64,000 bases of DNA from Octopus sinensis (taxonomy: Eukaryota), in assembly GCF_006345805.1 (NCBI RefSeq), contig NC_043008.1, forward strand, positions 11,966,001-12,030,000, given 5' to 3'. Each line of letters opens with the position of its first letter. Positions within the stretch are counted from its first letter, which is position 1. This document shows positions 51,031-64,000 of this stretch, piece by piece. A model generated the notes under the pieces. That model was not told the DNA's origin. It searched no databases and was given only the letters and a program-made list of their open reading frames with translations. The translations under genes and the position numbers were made by a program.

Positions 51031-51864
51031 TACGAAAGTGAGAATTGAATACAAAGTGAGATTAATGAAAGCTACATTTCATTAGAGAGAAGTTCTGAGG
51101 AAGAGATGGAGGGTGACATACAGAGGAACAGAGAAGGGGGGTGAGAGAAAGAGAGACACATATAGGGAGGAGTAGAAAGATAAACATGAAAGTGTGAATA
51201 AAAGAAAGAGCCACGAAGAAGAAAGAGAATGGAAAGAAATTGGATTGAAGTGCTATCGTTTTCTATTTTCTGCCAATATGATTTCTTCATATCAGCTTTC
51301 TCCTATATTTACAGCAGTTTTGGTTAATTACACGTTACTATACCAACTAGCAATGATCTTTCTGATGACTGCAGTCGGTTTGTTTATCTGCTTCTGTTCC
51401 CAACTTAATTTTCGGCACAGTGCCAAGTGTACACATACAAACGCTGAAACTTGGTCCAATGAGGATGTTTCAACATGGTCGATCGATCTGCTAGAAATAT
51501 CAACTAACTCTGTCTCAAATTTCACTCTGCCGTTCCAAAGAGTAATGAGTCCACATAGGAGAGTGTTGTATGAAAAAAAAAAAACGCGGGAAAGTCATAG
51601 CTGGAACGCTCCATTCACAGACGGCCTTTGTGTTGTTCTTATTGTGTTTAATCTCAATACGGTACGTGTGTCAAGGCGGCGAGCTGGCAGAAGCGTCAGA
51701 TCGCCGGGCGAAATGCTTAGCAGTATTTCGTCTGCCGTTACGTTCTAGGTTCAAATTCCACCGAGGTCAACTTTGCCTTTCATCCTTTCTGGGAAGCATA
51801 CACACAAACACTCATAGACACACAAATACGATGGGCTTGTTTCAGTTTCATCCTACCAAATCTA

Positions 51865-52522
51865 TCTTCAAGGGGCTAAACATAGAGGGGACAAACAAGG
51901 ACAGAAAAAAGAATTAAATCGATTACATCGACCCCAGAGCGTACCTGGTACTTAATTTATCGACCCCGAAAGGATGAAAGGCAAAGTCGACCTCGGTGGA
52001 ATTTAAACTCAGAACGTAACGGCAGACGAAATACCTGTTTCTTTACTAACCACAAGGGGCTAAATACAGAGAGGACACACAAGGACAGACAAACGGATTA
52101 AGTCAACTATATCGACCCCAGTGCGTAACTGGTACTTCTTTAACAAATTAAGTCGGATATATCGACCCCAGTGCATAACTGGTACTTAATTTATCGACCC
52201 CGAAAGGATGAAAAGCAAAATCGACCTCGATAGAATTTGAACTCAGAACGTAACGGCAGACGAAATACCAATTTCTTTACTACCCACACGGGGCTAAACA
52301 CAGAGAGGACAAAGAAGAACAGACAAACGGATTAAGTCGACTATATCGACCCCAGTGCGTAACTGGTACTTATTTAACAAATTAAGTCTCTTATATCGAC
52401 CCCAGTGCATAACTGGTACTTAATATATTCACCTCGAAAGGATGAAAGGCAAAGTCGACCTAGGCGGAATTTGAACTCAGAACGTAACGGCAGACGAAAT
52501 ACGGCTACGTATTTTGCCCGGC
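51865..52522 (-). mobile_element. SINE family B multimer
   Basis: Three or more body repeats with partial internal duplications. Confidence 0.85.
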
Positions 52523-53116
52523 GTGTGCACATTCCCATTGACAACATGCACAAGCATAAGGACGAAGTGACGCATGGATGTCGAAATGACAGAGATAAAG
52601 ATGCATTAAAAGAATGCCTACAGTCTCGTAAGAAATTCCAGACTTCTCTTACTTTCTTGCATATTATATTACAGCATTCATTCACTGGAATTGTTACAAA
52701 TAGCTGTTGTTGTCTCGATAACAAGAAGAAGAAGAAGAAGCCAGTTTTAGCACGTAACATGCTTCGAAACATAACAAGACAAAGAGAAAGTTAGGCAGTT
52801 GTATGTCGTTTGTTATTTTTGTTGTTTAAACTAGACAGACAAAATGAGAAATCACTTATCTATATACATTTATCTCAGCACACGCACACACATACCTCAC
52901 ACACACACATACATACATACACACGCACGCCCACCTGCTTACTCGCTCACTCAAATACACCCACACGCATGAGTTGACAAAGACATTCCTTGCAACAGAA
53001 ATATATACGACAGAAATTGTGTTCAAACACTCAGTACATATGTCTGATTGTGTGTGTGTGTGTGTGTGTGTATAAATATAAGCATGCATATATCTGTGCA
53101 TGTGTGTATGTGCATG

Positions 53117-53147
<31 letters not shown>

Positions 53148-53369
53148 TGTGTATTGTTAAAAGTCGGCATAAATTCAAATTCGTAGGAAAATCAAATATG
53201 AAAAGAGAGAAAATTCGAGTTGTACACAGGTAATCCATAATTAGGGATACAGAAAATATGTATAATATTGATTAGTCGGGTAGATATAATTTACTAAAGC
53301 GCTGGAAATGGAGCACCAGTACGGCCCAAATCTAATAACTGCTTCCCATACACACATACACACACATAA

Positions 53370-53697
53370 AGGGGCACTCCGTCGGTTGCGACGACGAGGG
53401 TCCCAGCTGATACGGTCAACGGAACAGCTGGGCTCGTGAAATTAACGTGCAAGTGGCTGAGCATTCCACAAACACGTGTGCCCTTAACGTAGTTCTCGAG
53501 GAGATTCAGCGTGACACAGAGTGTGACAAGGCTGGCCCTTTGAAATACAGGTACAACTCATTTTTGCCAGCTGAGTGGATTGGAGCAACGTGAAATAAAG
53601 TGTCTTGCTCAAGGACACAACGCGTCACAGTGAATTGAACTCCCGACCTTACGATCATGAGCCGAATGCCCCTAACCACTAAGCCACGTGCCTTCAC
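53370..53697 (-). mobile_element. SINE family C
   Basis: Reverse complement of the 36097-type head and tail. Confidence 0.8.
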
Positions 53698-54072
53698 ACA
53701 TGCACACATACATACATACATACATACATATATACATACATACATACATACATACATACAGTATACATGTTACACATTACATACAGAATACAAGTTCAAA
53801 TTTATACCTGTAATTTTTGCGGTGCTGGGATATGTAACACACTGTCTAAATACCAATCTTGACAGATTAGTCTTCTCGAAACCATAAAAGAATCAGCTGA
53901 TTCGGAGAATACAGATCCGATCCATCAGTGGAACTGTAAAAGTCTGTGAAACTTTCTACAAGTTTAACATTTAAGGATATATGAGCATGTCTAGACATGT
54001 AAGTGTATAGATGAGGATACATATATGAAACAAAACATACAAATCATCACGTATACATACATACGTACATAC

Positions 54073-54468
54073 AGCCATGTGGTAAGTAGCTTGCTAACCA
54101 ACCACATGGTTCCGGGTTCAGTCCCACTGCGTGGCATCTTGGGTAAGTGTCTTCTGCTATAGCCCCGGGCCGACCAATGCCTTGTGAGTGGATTTGGTAG
54201 ACGGAAACTGAAAGAAGCCTGTCGTATATATGTATATATATATATATGTATGTGTGTGTGTTTGTGTGTCTGTGTTTGTCCCCTTAGCATTGCTTGACAA
54301 CCGATGCTGGTGTGTTTACGTCCCCGTCACTTAGCGGTTCGGCAAAAAGAGACCGATAGAATAAGTACTAGGCTTACAAAGAATAAGTCCCGGGGTCGAG
54401 TTGCTCGGCTAAAGGCGGTGCTCCAGCATGGCCGCAGTCAAATGACTGAAACAAGTAAAAAAGAGAGT
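54073..54468 (+). mobile_element. SINE family A
   Basis: Homologous to 1-410. Confidence 0.85.
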
Positions 54469-55173
54469 ATACGTAGAATTGCCTAAGTGACAATTTGGAT
54501 AAGCTAAGCTTTCACAAAATGAAATCAACTAGCACCACATTACAGCAATGGAGTCTATATATACATCCACACGCACACATACACACACCTACACACACCT
54601 ACACACACCTACACACGCATACACACACCTACACACATATACACACGTACACACATAAACACATGTATCTATATATACGTATGCATCTCTCTCTCTCTCT
54701 CTCTCTGCATATATATATATGTGTATGTGTGTATATGTGTGTATGTGTGTATACACACACACACACCTACACACATACACACCAATACACATATACACAC
54801 ATACACACATATATCCATATACACGTATGCATCCCTCTCTCTCTCTCTCTTTCTCTCTGTATATATATACATATGTGTATGTATGTATATGCATATATGC
54901 CTATATGTATATATGCTTGTATGTAGGTATGTATGCTTGTATGTATGTATGCTTGTATGTATGTATGTGTGTGTGTGTTTGTGTGTATGTATGTACATGA
55001 ACCTGCGCATGCGTACACACATGTGTATGTATACACGTATGTAAATGTAGACTTCAATTACATTCTCCAATGTAATTATACAGTTAAAGATCATTGCTGC
55101 AATTTTAGCCGGATAGAGTAGTAGCTGGAAAAACGGGTCAATTGAATAAATGCCTAGCTTCTTCTTCTTCTTC

Positions 55174-55205
<32 letters not shown>

Positions 55206-55269
55206 CTTCTTCTTCTTTTCCTCCCCTTCTTCTTCTTCTCCTCCTCCTCCTCCTCACCACCACCACCAC

Positions 55270-55445
55270 AAACAGATTAAGTCGATTATATCGACCCCAG
55301 TGCATAACTGGTACTTAATTTATCGACCCCGAAAGGATGAAACTCAAAGTCGACCTCGGCGGAATTTGAACTCAGAACGTAATGGCAGACGAAATACCGC
55401 TGAGCACTTCGCCCAGCGTGCTAACGTTTCTGCCAACACGCCCCC
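55270..55445 (-). mobile_element. SINE family B
   Basis: Homologous to 4461-4661. Confidence 0.8.
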
Positions 55446-57134
55446 TTCCATATGACCACTATAATAGCAAACAGTTTCAGCAACCACAACAACAACAACA
55501 GCAATACAGCACGAGATTTTAATTGCAATTATAAAGCTGAATTCGTCTCAACTAATGAGACAATATCAAAGACGTCAACAATAAGAATACGGGCACGGCT
55601 ACAACAACAACAACAAAATCAACCACTACCACCACCACCATCCCCACCACTGTAGCATCACAAATATTATGATAGAGGAGAAAAATGAATGCAAATGTAA
55701 CCTCTTCAACTTTAACGGCAACAATATTTCCATTTTGAAAGCATCAAGAATATTAACAACGACGATACATTCACGGCAACGGCTGCGAAAGGCAGTGTTG
55801 TACAGGATCCTACAGAAATATATATGTCTGCCCCAAAGGGCCATACTGATGCGGATGGAAAAATCGTGAGCGAACATTGTCATCTGCACTTAACCCCATC
55901 CAGAGGTGTTGGAAGAAGTACAGAAGAGAAACGTAATTCATAAATGTGCTTCCATCAATAAAATGCGGCTGGAGACGGCTAATCAGGCAGATATGGGAGT
56001 TGAACTGAAAGAGATAATGACCAAGATTTAGGATATCTCGATAGCCAAGCAGTTAGCAGGAATTTTAGTGCTCTTCAAAACTGAAGCTCTGCCCGCCAAA
56101 TAGTCGGTAGTTCGCTGTCTGAGAAAAAAATATCTGCTCCATCCATCGGATTTAAGAAGGAGACGGTGAAGTTGAAAACCTCAAGAATTCCACCGGGGGG
56201 AAATTTATGGTGGATTTTTGTGTATATCGTTTTGGAAGGGAATAACAGCCTCCTGGAGGTGAAGAAGACCCGTTGTGAAAATTGGTCAGGGATAAGTGTG
56301 GACGTGCTACTCAAAATTAAACAAGACGCAACCCGCAGGATCCCAGGTCTCACTCGCTTTTCGGAAGGTGGCGAGCAGCACGTAAGTGTTGAGTGTAGAA
56401 TGTCACGGTGTCACCTATGTGAGATTACTGACCACTTGAGAGATTTCTACACAGACGTAAGACAGAAAACGATAGGACCATAGTCCTGCCGACACCAGGT
56501 CCTCAAAATCCGAATCAACTCAACCAATAATGAATAACACCTAAACCCGCACCAACGACGGCATCATCAACAACAGGAACAGCAAGATAAACCAAGAATA
56601 CCAAGACTAGCGACAAGACCAAGAACAGCAATACCAACAACAATACCAATATTAACAGCAGCCATCAAAGTGACACTGGGGTAAAATATACGAAACCCGG
56701 TATACCCATCATGACAACCCAACTTATAAGGGTGCACCAGGTATGTGCATCACAAGCATATATGCGCGACATTGTGATCTCATTTCAAGATAAATAGCGC
56801 GTGACATTGAAGGTGAGGCCCAGTTAGAATTTTCTTCGGGTCGAGCAGCTCATCCCACTCAAATGGTCCTGAATAAGGGTTGTCTAAGGAAGGTGAACGA
56901 AACACCTATGTTTCGAGACGTGACTTATTCAAACTCCAAAGAATTCCTCTCAACTGGTTAAGGTCAAACAACTGACAAGCAAATTTGTATTATTTAGCAG
57001 AATATTTGTTGTAGCCAATTATTTATACCAAGATAAAACAATGTACATGATAACATTTCCAATCAGTTAAGGTCAGAAACCATGAGCCACAGACTAGTAC
57101 TGCACCAGGGAATTTATTATTAATACTATTATCA

Positions 57135-57144
57135 TTATCAACAT

Positions 57145-57216
<72 letters not shown>

Positions 57217-57318
57217 TGCTACTACTACTACTGCTACTACTACTACTGCTGCTGCTACTACTGCTGCTACTACTACTACTACTGCTGCTACTACTACTAC
57301 TACTACTACTACTACTAA

Positions 57319-57349
<31 letters not shown>

Positions 57350-57350
57350 A

Positions 57351-57391
<41 letters not shown>

Positions 57392-57480
57392 AAAACTACT
57401 AGTACTACTATTACTACTAAACTACTACTACTACTATTATTTTTATTATTACTATTGTTATTATTAATTATTATTATTAT
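57135..57480. repeat. (CTA)n/(CTG)n/(TAT)n compound microsatellite
   Basis: Direct reading. Confidence 0.95.
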
Positions 57481-58647
57481 TATGGCTGGTGGTGGTAATG
57501 GAGGTGGTTTTGCTGTTCTTCTAGTTTCGTCTTTCTGTTGCTATTTCTTACCACTTCGAGGGGAAAATGGCGCTCTGTATTGTGGATGGTATTTCGTTGA
57601 GTTTCGCAAAAATTATATAATTGTTTGTGTTGCTTTGCGCAGAATTGTTACAAAGTATGTCATGAACTTTCCTGGTTGTTTCTTTGTTTTTTTTCTGTCG
57701 TTTGGGGGGGGGGGAAAGACATTTTGCAGATATTTACTTATCCAGCCGACATTCAGTAAATGTCGATCAGACACGCCTACACAACAAACAAAACCATTTA
57801 CACAGACAACAAACAAACCATTGAATGAAAAAAGAAAATATCAACATTTAACAAAAAAAAATGATATAATAATGTTTGTTTCCAACAAAAATATGTTTGT
57901 TTGAAGAGTCTTTCAACAATAAGAAAAATAAAGACAACACACATCATTTCTATTCCCTCACATCGCTTCCGTGACGGATATGTTACGTTTTAATGGGTTC
58001 CTGGTATCGGTATACGCTTATGTCATGAAAAATATCACTTGTTTGAGTCAAATACTTTCTTAGAATTATCAGGGGTAAAAAAACCAAAATGGCGAATATT
58101 TGCATTAAAGAAAGAAAAAAAAGCTTCTTTTGTGCGTGACTCTGTATAACGAATTACAAGTACCAGCTGCTATATGACAGCATTTTATCTGCTGCATGAA
58201 GAAAAGAAGTGTGCTGCTCTCTGAATGATTCTCAAGGTTAAAGGTCACACGAATCGGCGGGTTGAAATGGTGACATCGACATCCACCAATAGAATTGTAC
58301 CCAAGTTCATGGCTCAACGTAACACAGGGGTGTCAGTCAGAGATATTGCTAGTGGTATTTCGCTCCTGTTTGTTGTCGCATGCGTAGTGCAATATAGACG
58401 TGTTCCAAGCATGGAAGTGATTAGAAATCACACGTGGTCGTTGGAGAGATCACTGATATACTCTAACTGAAGGCGCGTGGTTTAATGGTTAGGGTATTGG
58501 GCTTACGATTGTAAGGTTGTTATTAGATTGCCGCTGTGTGTGTTGCATTGGGCCTATGATAAAATAACCATTGTGTTATTCAGTCTCTATTTTCTCATTT
58601 TAAATTCGCAGCGATCAACTTTGCTTTTTATTATATCAAGGTCGATT

Positions 58648-58860
58648 AAGACAGCGAGTTAGCAGAATTGTTTGCTGGCCGTATGAAATGCTTAGCGGTA
58701 TTTAGCCTGCCGCTAGGTTCTGAGTTCAAATTCCACTGAGGTCGACCTTACGTTTTACCCTTCGGGATCGATAAACTAAGTACTAGTGAAACACTGGTAT
58801 CGATGTAATCGACTCTTCCGCTCACCCAAATTGGCTGTCCTTGTGGCAAAATTTGAAACC
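58648..58860 (+). mobile_element. SINE family B (diverged)
   Basis: GCGAGTTAGCAGAA head, GAGTTCAAATTCC, GTCGACC...GATAAACTAAGTAC. Confidence 0.75.
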
Positions 58861-59030
58861 ATTATATTTGGGACGATTAAATATGTAACAGCAAAATACT
58901 GATAAGGCTATAATCTCCTGTACATAATTTTCATTTGACGGACATTTGCCCTCATCTTGTTTGTTGTCAACAAAACTTTTCGGCTGATCTACACTCCAGC
59001 CGTAGACGTTAAGAGCGCGGGCTACTAACC

Positions 59031-59336
59031 CATCGCCCGGTCTCAGATTCGAACCGCGAGTCCGCTGCTCTAACTACTAGGCTATACGCCTTCACACACA
59101 TACACATCGCTCGGTCTGAGATTCAAACCGGCGATCCATCGTCCGTAAGTCCGCTGCTCTAACCACTAGGCCATGTGCCTTCACACACACGCATCGCCCG
59201 GTCTGAGATTGGAACCCGCGATCCCTCGACTGCGAGTCATGTGCCTTCACACACACATATCGCCCAGTCTGAGATTCGACCCCGCGATCCCTCGACCGCG
59301 AGTCCGTTGCTCTAACCACTAGGCCATATGCCTCCG
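59031..59336 (-). repeat. Tandem array of four SINE C tRNA-like heads
   Basis: ~70-85-bp units CATCGCCCGGTCTGAGATTCGAACC...GCCTTCACACAC. Confidence 0.85.
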
Positions 59337-59859
59337 CTTTTACTGTTATAGTAAACCTAATTATTGTTATAGTGACAATTCTGTTGATCAAGCAAGTTGC
59401 GCTATATATTACAATTTCTGTTATTTCATTGCTAACATAACACACCATAGTCTCAACACAAACTTAGAACTAATGCATAACATAAAACAAACGTAGAATT
59501 TGAATATAGCAAACATAATAAATTCAATTGATGTCAATAGATTATTTCATAGGATAGTTTATCATATTTTCTTGAAGGAAAAATCTTGGAAGAAAATCGT
59601 TGACAGTATTAACTATACAGTAATCCATTTGTAGAAATAATAGTGTTTATAGAAATCCTATATCCGTGTTTAAATATGCACCGTGGATGATTTATAGAAA
59701 ATTAGTTTAAGTTCCTTACAGTGGAACATTGAATGCTATTATGACAGCGGATGTTCCATGATTCAACATGGCCGTTTGTTTTTCTGCAAACTAATAGAAT
59801 CATTTTGTATTGGTTGGTAGGTGGCAGTTATTATTGTTACTGTTGTTGTTATTGTTGCC

Positions 59860-59911
59860 TTCTTCTTCTTCTTCTTCTTCTTCTTCTTCTTCTTCTTCTT
59901 CTTCTTCTTCT

Positions 59912-59957
<46 letters not shown>

Positions 59958-59973
59958 TTTCTTCTTCTTCTTC

Positions 59974-60020
<47 letters not shown>

Positions 60021-60125
60021 TATCATCATCATCATCATCATCATCTTTTTCTTCTTCTCTTCTTCTTCTTCTTCTTCTTCTTCTTCTTCTTTTTCTTCTC
60101 CTTCTTTTTCTTCTCCTTCTTCTTC
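59860..60125. repeat. (CTT)n(CAT)n microsatellite
   Basis: Direct reading. Confidence 0.95.
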
Positions 60126-60483
60126 CAATCAGGACTCACGCCAATAACCACAAAGTATAATCTCTAATTTGAGCCTACTCTAAGCTACTAAAGAATGCAT
60201 GCGGCAACTTGAAGATCCACCCACCACACTCGATGGACTGGCGGTTGCACGGACGCGAAAGCTACGTTGTTATCCTCATTCCCTAAACGGTGGCTTTTAA
60301 CCGGTGGAGAGCTGAACCATTCTGGGGTACAGAGGATTCGCAATCTAGACCTACACAAAATCTCTTTTAAAAAAAGAAACGTGGCTTATTTGTGTTTGCG
60401 CTTTTGCAGAGAAATTTTTATGTGCAGAAATCCATGACCAACCTTGACTGAGGAGGAGGCCCAGAAAGCATTCTTTTATATAT

Positions 60484-60842
60484 GTTAGTTAGTTAGTTAG
60501 TTAATTTTTTGGCTCAAAAGCAAAAATCAAGGCCATGTAGGGTGACATGGAGTTAAGTACAGGGTAGTGTTCATGTAAAGAGTTCAGGCCATTTGTGGTC
60601 AAGTGAGACTCTGAACAAAGCGGTCGTCGGCATCTTCACCATCTCGTCTAGCAGCTTGTTCCACGGATCCGCAATCCGGACGGAGAAAGCCTCCTCTCCT
60701 TCGATTGAGATGAAATCGTCGCAGGTAGAGCTTTTCGGAATGACCCCGCAGCCGACGCTCTGGAGCAGGAGTGAAAAACAGCTCTTTCGAGAGGTTACAC
60801 TTTCCGCTTATGATGTTGTGAGCGAGAATGAGATCAATACCT
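60484..60842 (-). mobile_element. CR1-type LINE 3' fragment with (TAAC)n tail
   Basis: GIDLILAHNIISGK...FF...RLRGHSEKL...[frameshift]AFSVRIADPWNKL...LFRVSLD is the CR1 ORF2 C-terminal pattern. Confidence 0.85.
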
Positions 60843-61431
60843 TGAACAATATATGTCTTTACTTATTGTTTTAGCTGGCAGGGTTAAATACGAGAGATAT
60901 TTGGCTGCTTTTGCGAACACTGTGAATGACGACATAGAAGCGTCTTTTATTGACTCGTTTGATTGGTTGGTTGGCGAGTGGAGGCCATTGAAGACTAACA
61001 CTAATTCAATTTATTGAATACTCCTATAAGGCCATTGTATTGACTAAAACTCTTGCGGGTGGCGCCACAGATCATCACTAAGTTCCTCATATCAATCCGT
61101 TACTGTCTTGTATCTTCAATATTGAATGAAGTATCTGAAGTCAGCTGAGGAAGATGGGACTCTGGGAAATATATTTTTTGTTATATAGTTTCTGTTTTGT
61201 TAAGTTAGCTGAAATCGTTTTTGACGTTACATGCTTCGGGTTCAATGAAATACAGCACAAGCGAAGAATATTGATGCTGATTTAATCGACTCTGCTCCTT
61301 TACCAAAATATGGAACCATGTAAAAGTCTTGGAAGTCATTCTTTGTCGTAATGTATCTTCGCTCATCGCACTAGTAGCAATGAATATATGATTCTTGTTT
61401 TAGCACTTATCAATATTTTTTTCTCCTCAAG

Positions 61432-62205
61432 GCACAAGGCCCCAAATTTCTACTCTAGGCAGAAGGCCCGGTGGATTAGATCGACTCAGTACGCAACTGG
61501 TAGTTAATTTATCGACGCCGAAAGGATGAAAGGCAAAGTCGACCTCGGCGGAATTTGAACTCAGAACATAACGGCAGACAAAGTACATATTTCTTTACTA
61601 CCCATAAGGGGCTAAACACAGAGATGACAAACAAGAACAGACAAACGGATTAAGTCGATCACATCGACATCAGTGTGTAACTGGTACTTAATTTATCGAC
61701 CCCGAAAGGATGAGAGGCAAATTCGACCTCGGCGGACTTTTCAACTCTGAAGTAGCGGCAGACGAAATACCTATTTCTATTTCTTTACTACGCACAAGGG
61801 GCTAAACATAGAGAGGAACAAACAAGGACAGACAAACAGATTAAGTCGATTATATCGACCCCAATGCGTAACTGGTACTTAATGAATCGACCCCGAAAAG
61901 ATGAGAGGCAAATTCGACCTCGGCGGACTTTTCAACTCAGAAGGTAGCGGCAGACGAAATGCCTATTTCTATTTCTTTACTACGCACAAGGGGCTAAACA
62001 TAGAGAGGAGAGAAACAAGGACAGACAAACGGATTAAGTCGATTATATCGACCCCAATGCGTAACTGGTACTTAATGAAACGACCCCTAAAGGATGAAAG
62101 GCAAATTCGACCTTGGTGGAAGTTGAACTCAGAACGTAACGGCAGACGAAATACCGCCAAGCATTTCGCCCGGCGTGCTAACGTTTCTGCCAGCTCACCG
62201 CCTTA
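61432..62205 (-). mobile_element. SINE family B, tandem tetramer
   Basis: Four body units; complete head only at ~62205. Confidence 0.88.
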
Positions 62206-62493
62206 GCAATTATCAATATTAATGCTATTATGATTTACAAAATTTCCTATGTCTTTGCTATAACACTAGATGCCTGTCAGTGTGGATGTCAGCGTAGAAT
62301 TCGTTTTGGAGGTTGTAGAATCCTCCTGATAAACGACATCTGTTTATTTGATTTAATATAAAATTTGCTCTGTTACTTCCGGTGTGACTTTAATTTTTTG
62401 TATGTTTCATGTGTAAAGTCTGTGTAAAGTGAGTTTATATTTTCTTTTGTTATCTAATACATTATATGTCGATGTTACATCTGTTATAATTCT

Positions 62494-62705
62494 TAGGCGG
62501 TGAGCTGGTAGACTGTTTAGCGCATCGGTTAAAACGCTTAGCGGTATATATTCCGGCTATACTTTCTGCCCTCAATTGTTGCAGAGGTCGATTTTGCCTT
62601 TCAGTTTTTCGGTGTCAGTAAAATAAATACCAGTTGAACACTGAGGTCAATGTAATCGATTACTCTCCCCCCCCCGCAATTGCTGACCTTGTGGCAAAAT
62701 TTTAA
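62494..62705 (+). mobile_element. SINE family B (diverged)
   Basis: AGGCGGTGAGCTGGTAGA head; GGTCGATTTTGCCTTTCAG centre. Confidence 0.7.
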
Positions 62706-64000
62706 AAATGTAACAAACGCAGATATTAAAAAAAAAAGATTGACGTACACAAATATTAACAGAAACACATACAACACTTCTTCATATATAAATACGCAAA
62801 TGCAAGGAATGAATTGAACACGGACTGACAAGGTAGCTTCTACAGAGTCGTTAGATCTCTTGGAAATAGTAGCTAAATGTCCTTGACATCCTAGCTTTCT
62901 GTCTTAAAATTACACTAAATTTCACGATCCGAGTCACAGAAATTCTTGAGACACGGTATCTGAAGAACAAATCTTAAATGTTCAAAAACGATACAATGGT
63001 CAGAACTGAAGTCTTAAAACTGCTCGCTTCGAGCTGACCTGGAGGCTAAACAACAACAACAGCAACAACAACAACAACAACAACAACAACAAAAACAACA
63101 ACAGCAATAACAACAACATAGGAAACAATAGCTATATGCGTTCAGACACTTCACAGACACACGCACACAACACACACATTTTTGTACAGAGATAGAGAAA
63201 AATAAAATCTAAAATAAAATATAGAGAATTATACCATAAAAATAATACAAGACCGGGTAAGTGTGCCTAAAGGGCAGCATACGTTGTCAGCTTCGGGGAA
63301 TAAAACGATTAAAGCAAGCAGAAAAGCACACGAGCCTCGAGCGCTTCCGAACCTTTTCATAATTTCTCAAATCAATCACAACCTTCCGAGATGTTTAAAC
63401 GCCGTTTATCCGCCATGTTTTCAGCATACATCGAGGAAATATCATAAAACGTAGGAAAATAAGCTATTGTAGGTTTTGGCGACAGACTGGCCACGAAGAA
63501 GGATACAAATAAAATTGGTGGTTTCTTTCCTTCGTTTTATTCCCTTCTACGTCTTTCATTTCTTTCTTTTCTTTTTCTATTTTTTTGGGGGGGGGGTTTG
63601 TGTGATTTGTTTTTTTTAAATTTTTTATTTCATTTTCCTCTCCCCACTTTTTTTTTCCGATTCATTGTAGCTACTGTTCCGGTCTCGATCACTACTACTA
63701 CTACTGTACTATCACCGCCACCACCTCAATCACCACTGGCACTTATATCAGCAATAATACCATTTTCCTCTCTACGGTCCTCTCTACTTCCTTACAGACA
63801 CCGCCAACATTACCAACACCAACACCACCAACGCTACCACCACCACCACCATTTACGTCACTGCCAACAACATGACAACAAACCTCATAAAATCATCACT
63901 ACCATCTCCAAGAACACAATCCCCCGCTTTCGCTTTCCTTCATTTTCTCCTTGTTTCTGCTATCTCTCTATCTATCTATCTATCTGTCTGTCTGACTGTC

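Noticed and set aside
56075-56483. GC-richer segment with 92- and 105-aa ORFs
   Set aside because: No recognisable motif; may be an old LINE fragment but cannot be supported without a search

Overview
Repeat-dense, AT-rich eukaryotic DNA. It is probably intronic or intergenic cephalopod (Octopus-like) sequence; this is inferred from the SINE types and microsatellite load, not database-checked. The only long protein-coding sequence is a full-length ~6.4 kb L1-Tx1-type non-LTR retrotransposon on the minus strand (12461-18852). Its ORF1 has a CCHC knuckle; its ORF2 has APE endonuclease, RT and a C-terminal zinc motif; both are frameshifted. A 5'-truncated second copy (18955-19751) lies in tandem, and every junction of both copies abuts (GATA)n. 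The window also holds three tRNA-derived SINE families (one often as ~185-bp multimers), three non-autonomous Helitrons, a MITE, two CR1-type LINE 3' fragments and a decayed Penelope-like element (RT plus GIY-YIG). A set of short, mostly microsatellite-flanked and often fold-back elements carries type I hammerhead ribozyme motifs with palindromic stem III, including covarying homologues and a recurrent variant core. Two minus-strand candidate exons (48938-49013, 32213-32322) are phase-compatible and may belong to a long-intron host gene. Nearly all other ORFs in the track are translations of microsatellites or SINEs. Repeat boundaries are approximate and were read by eye.
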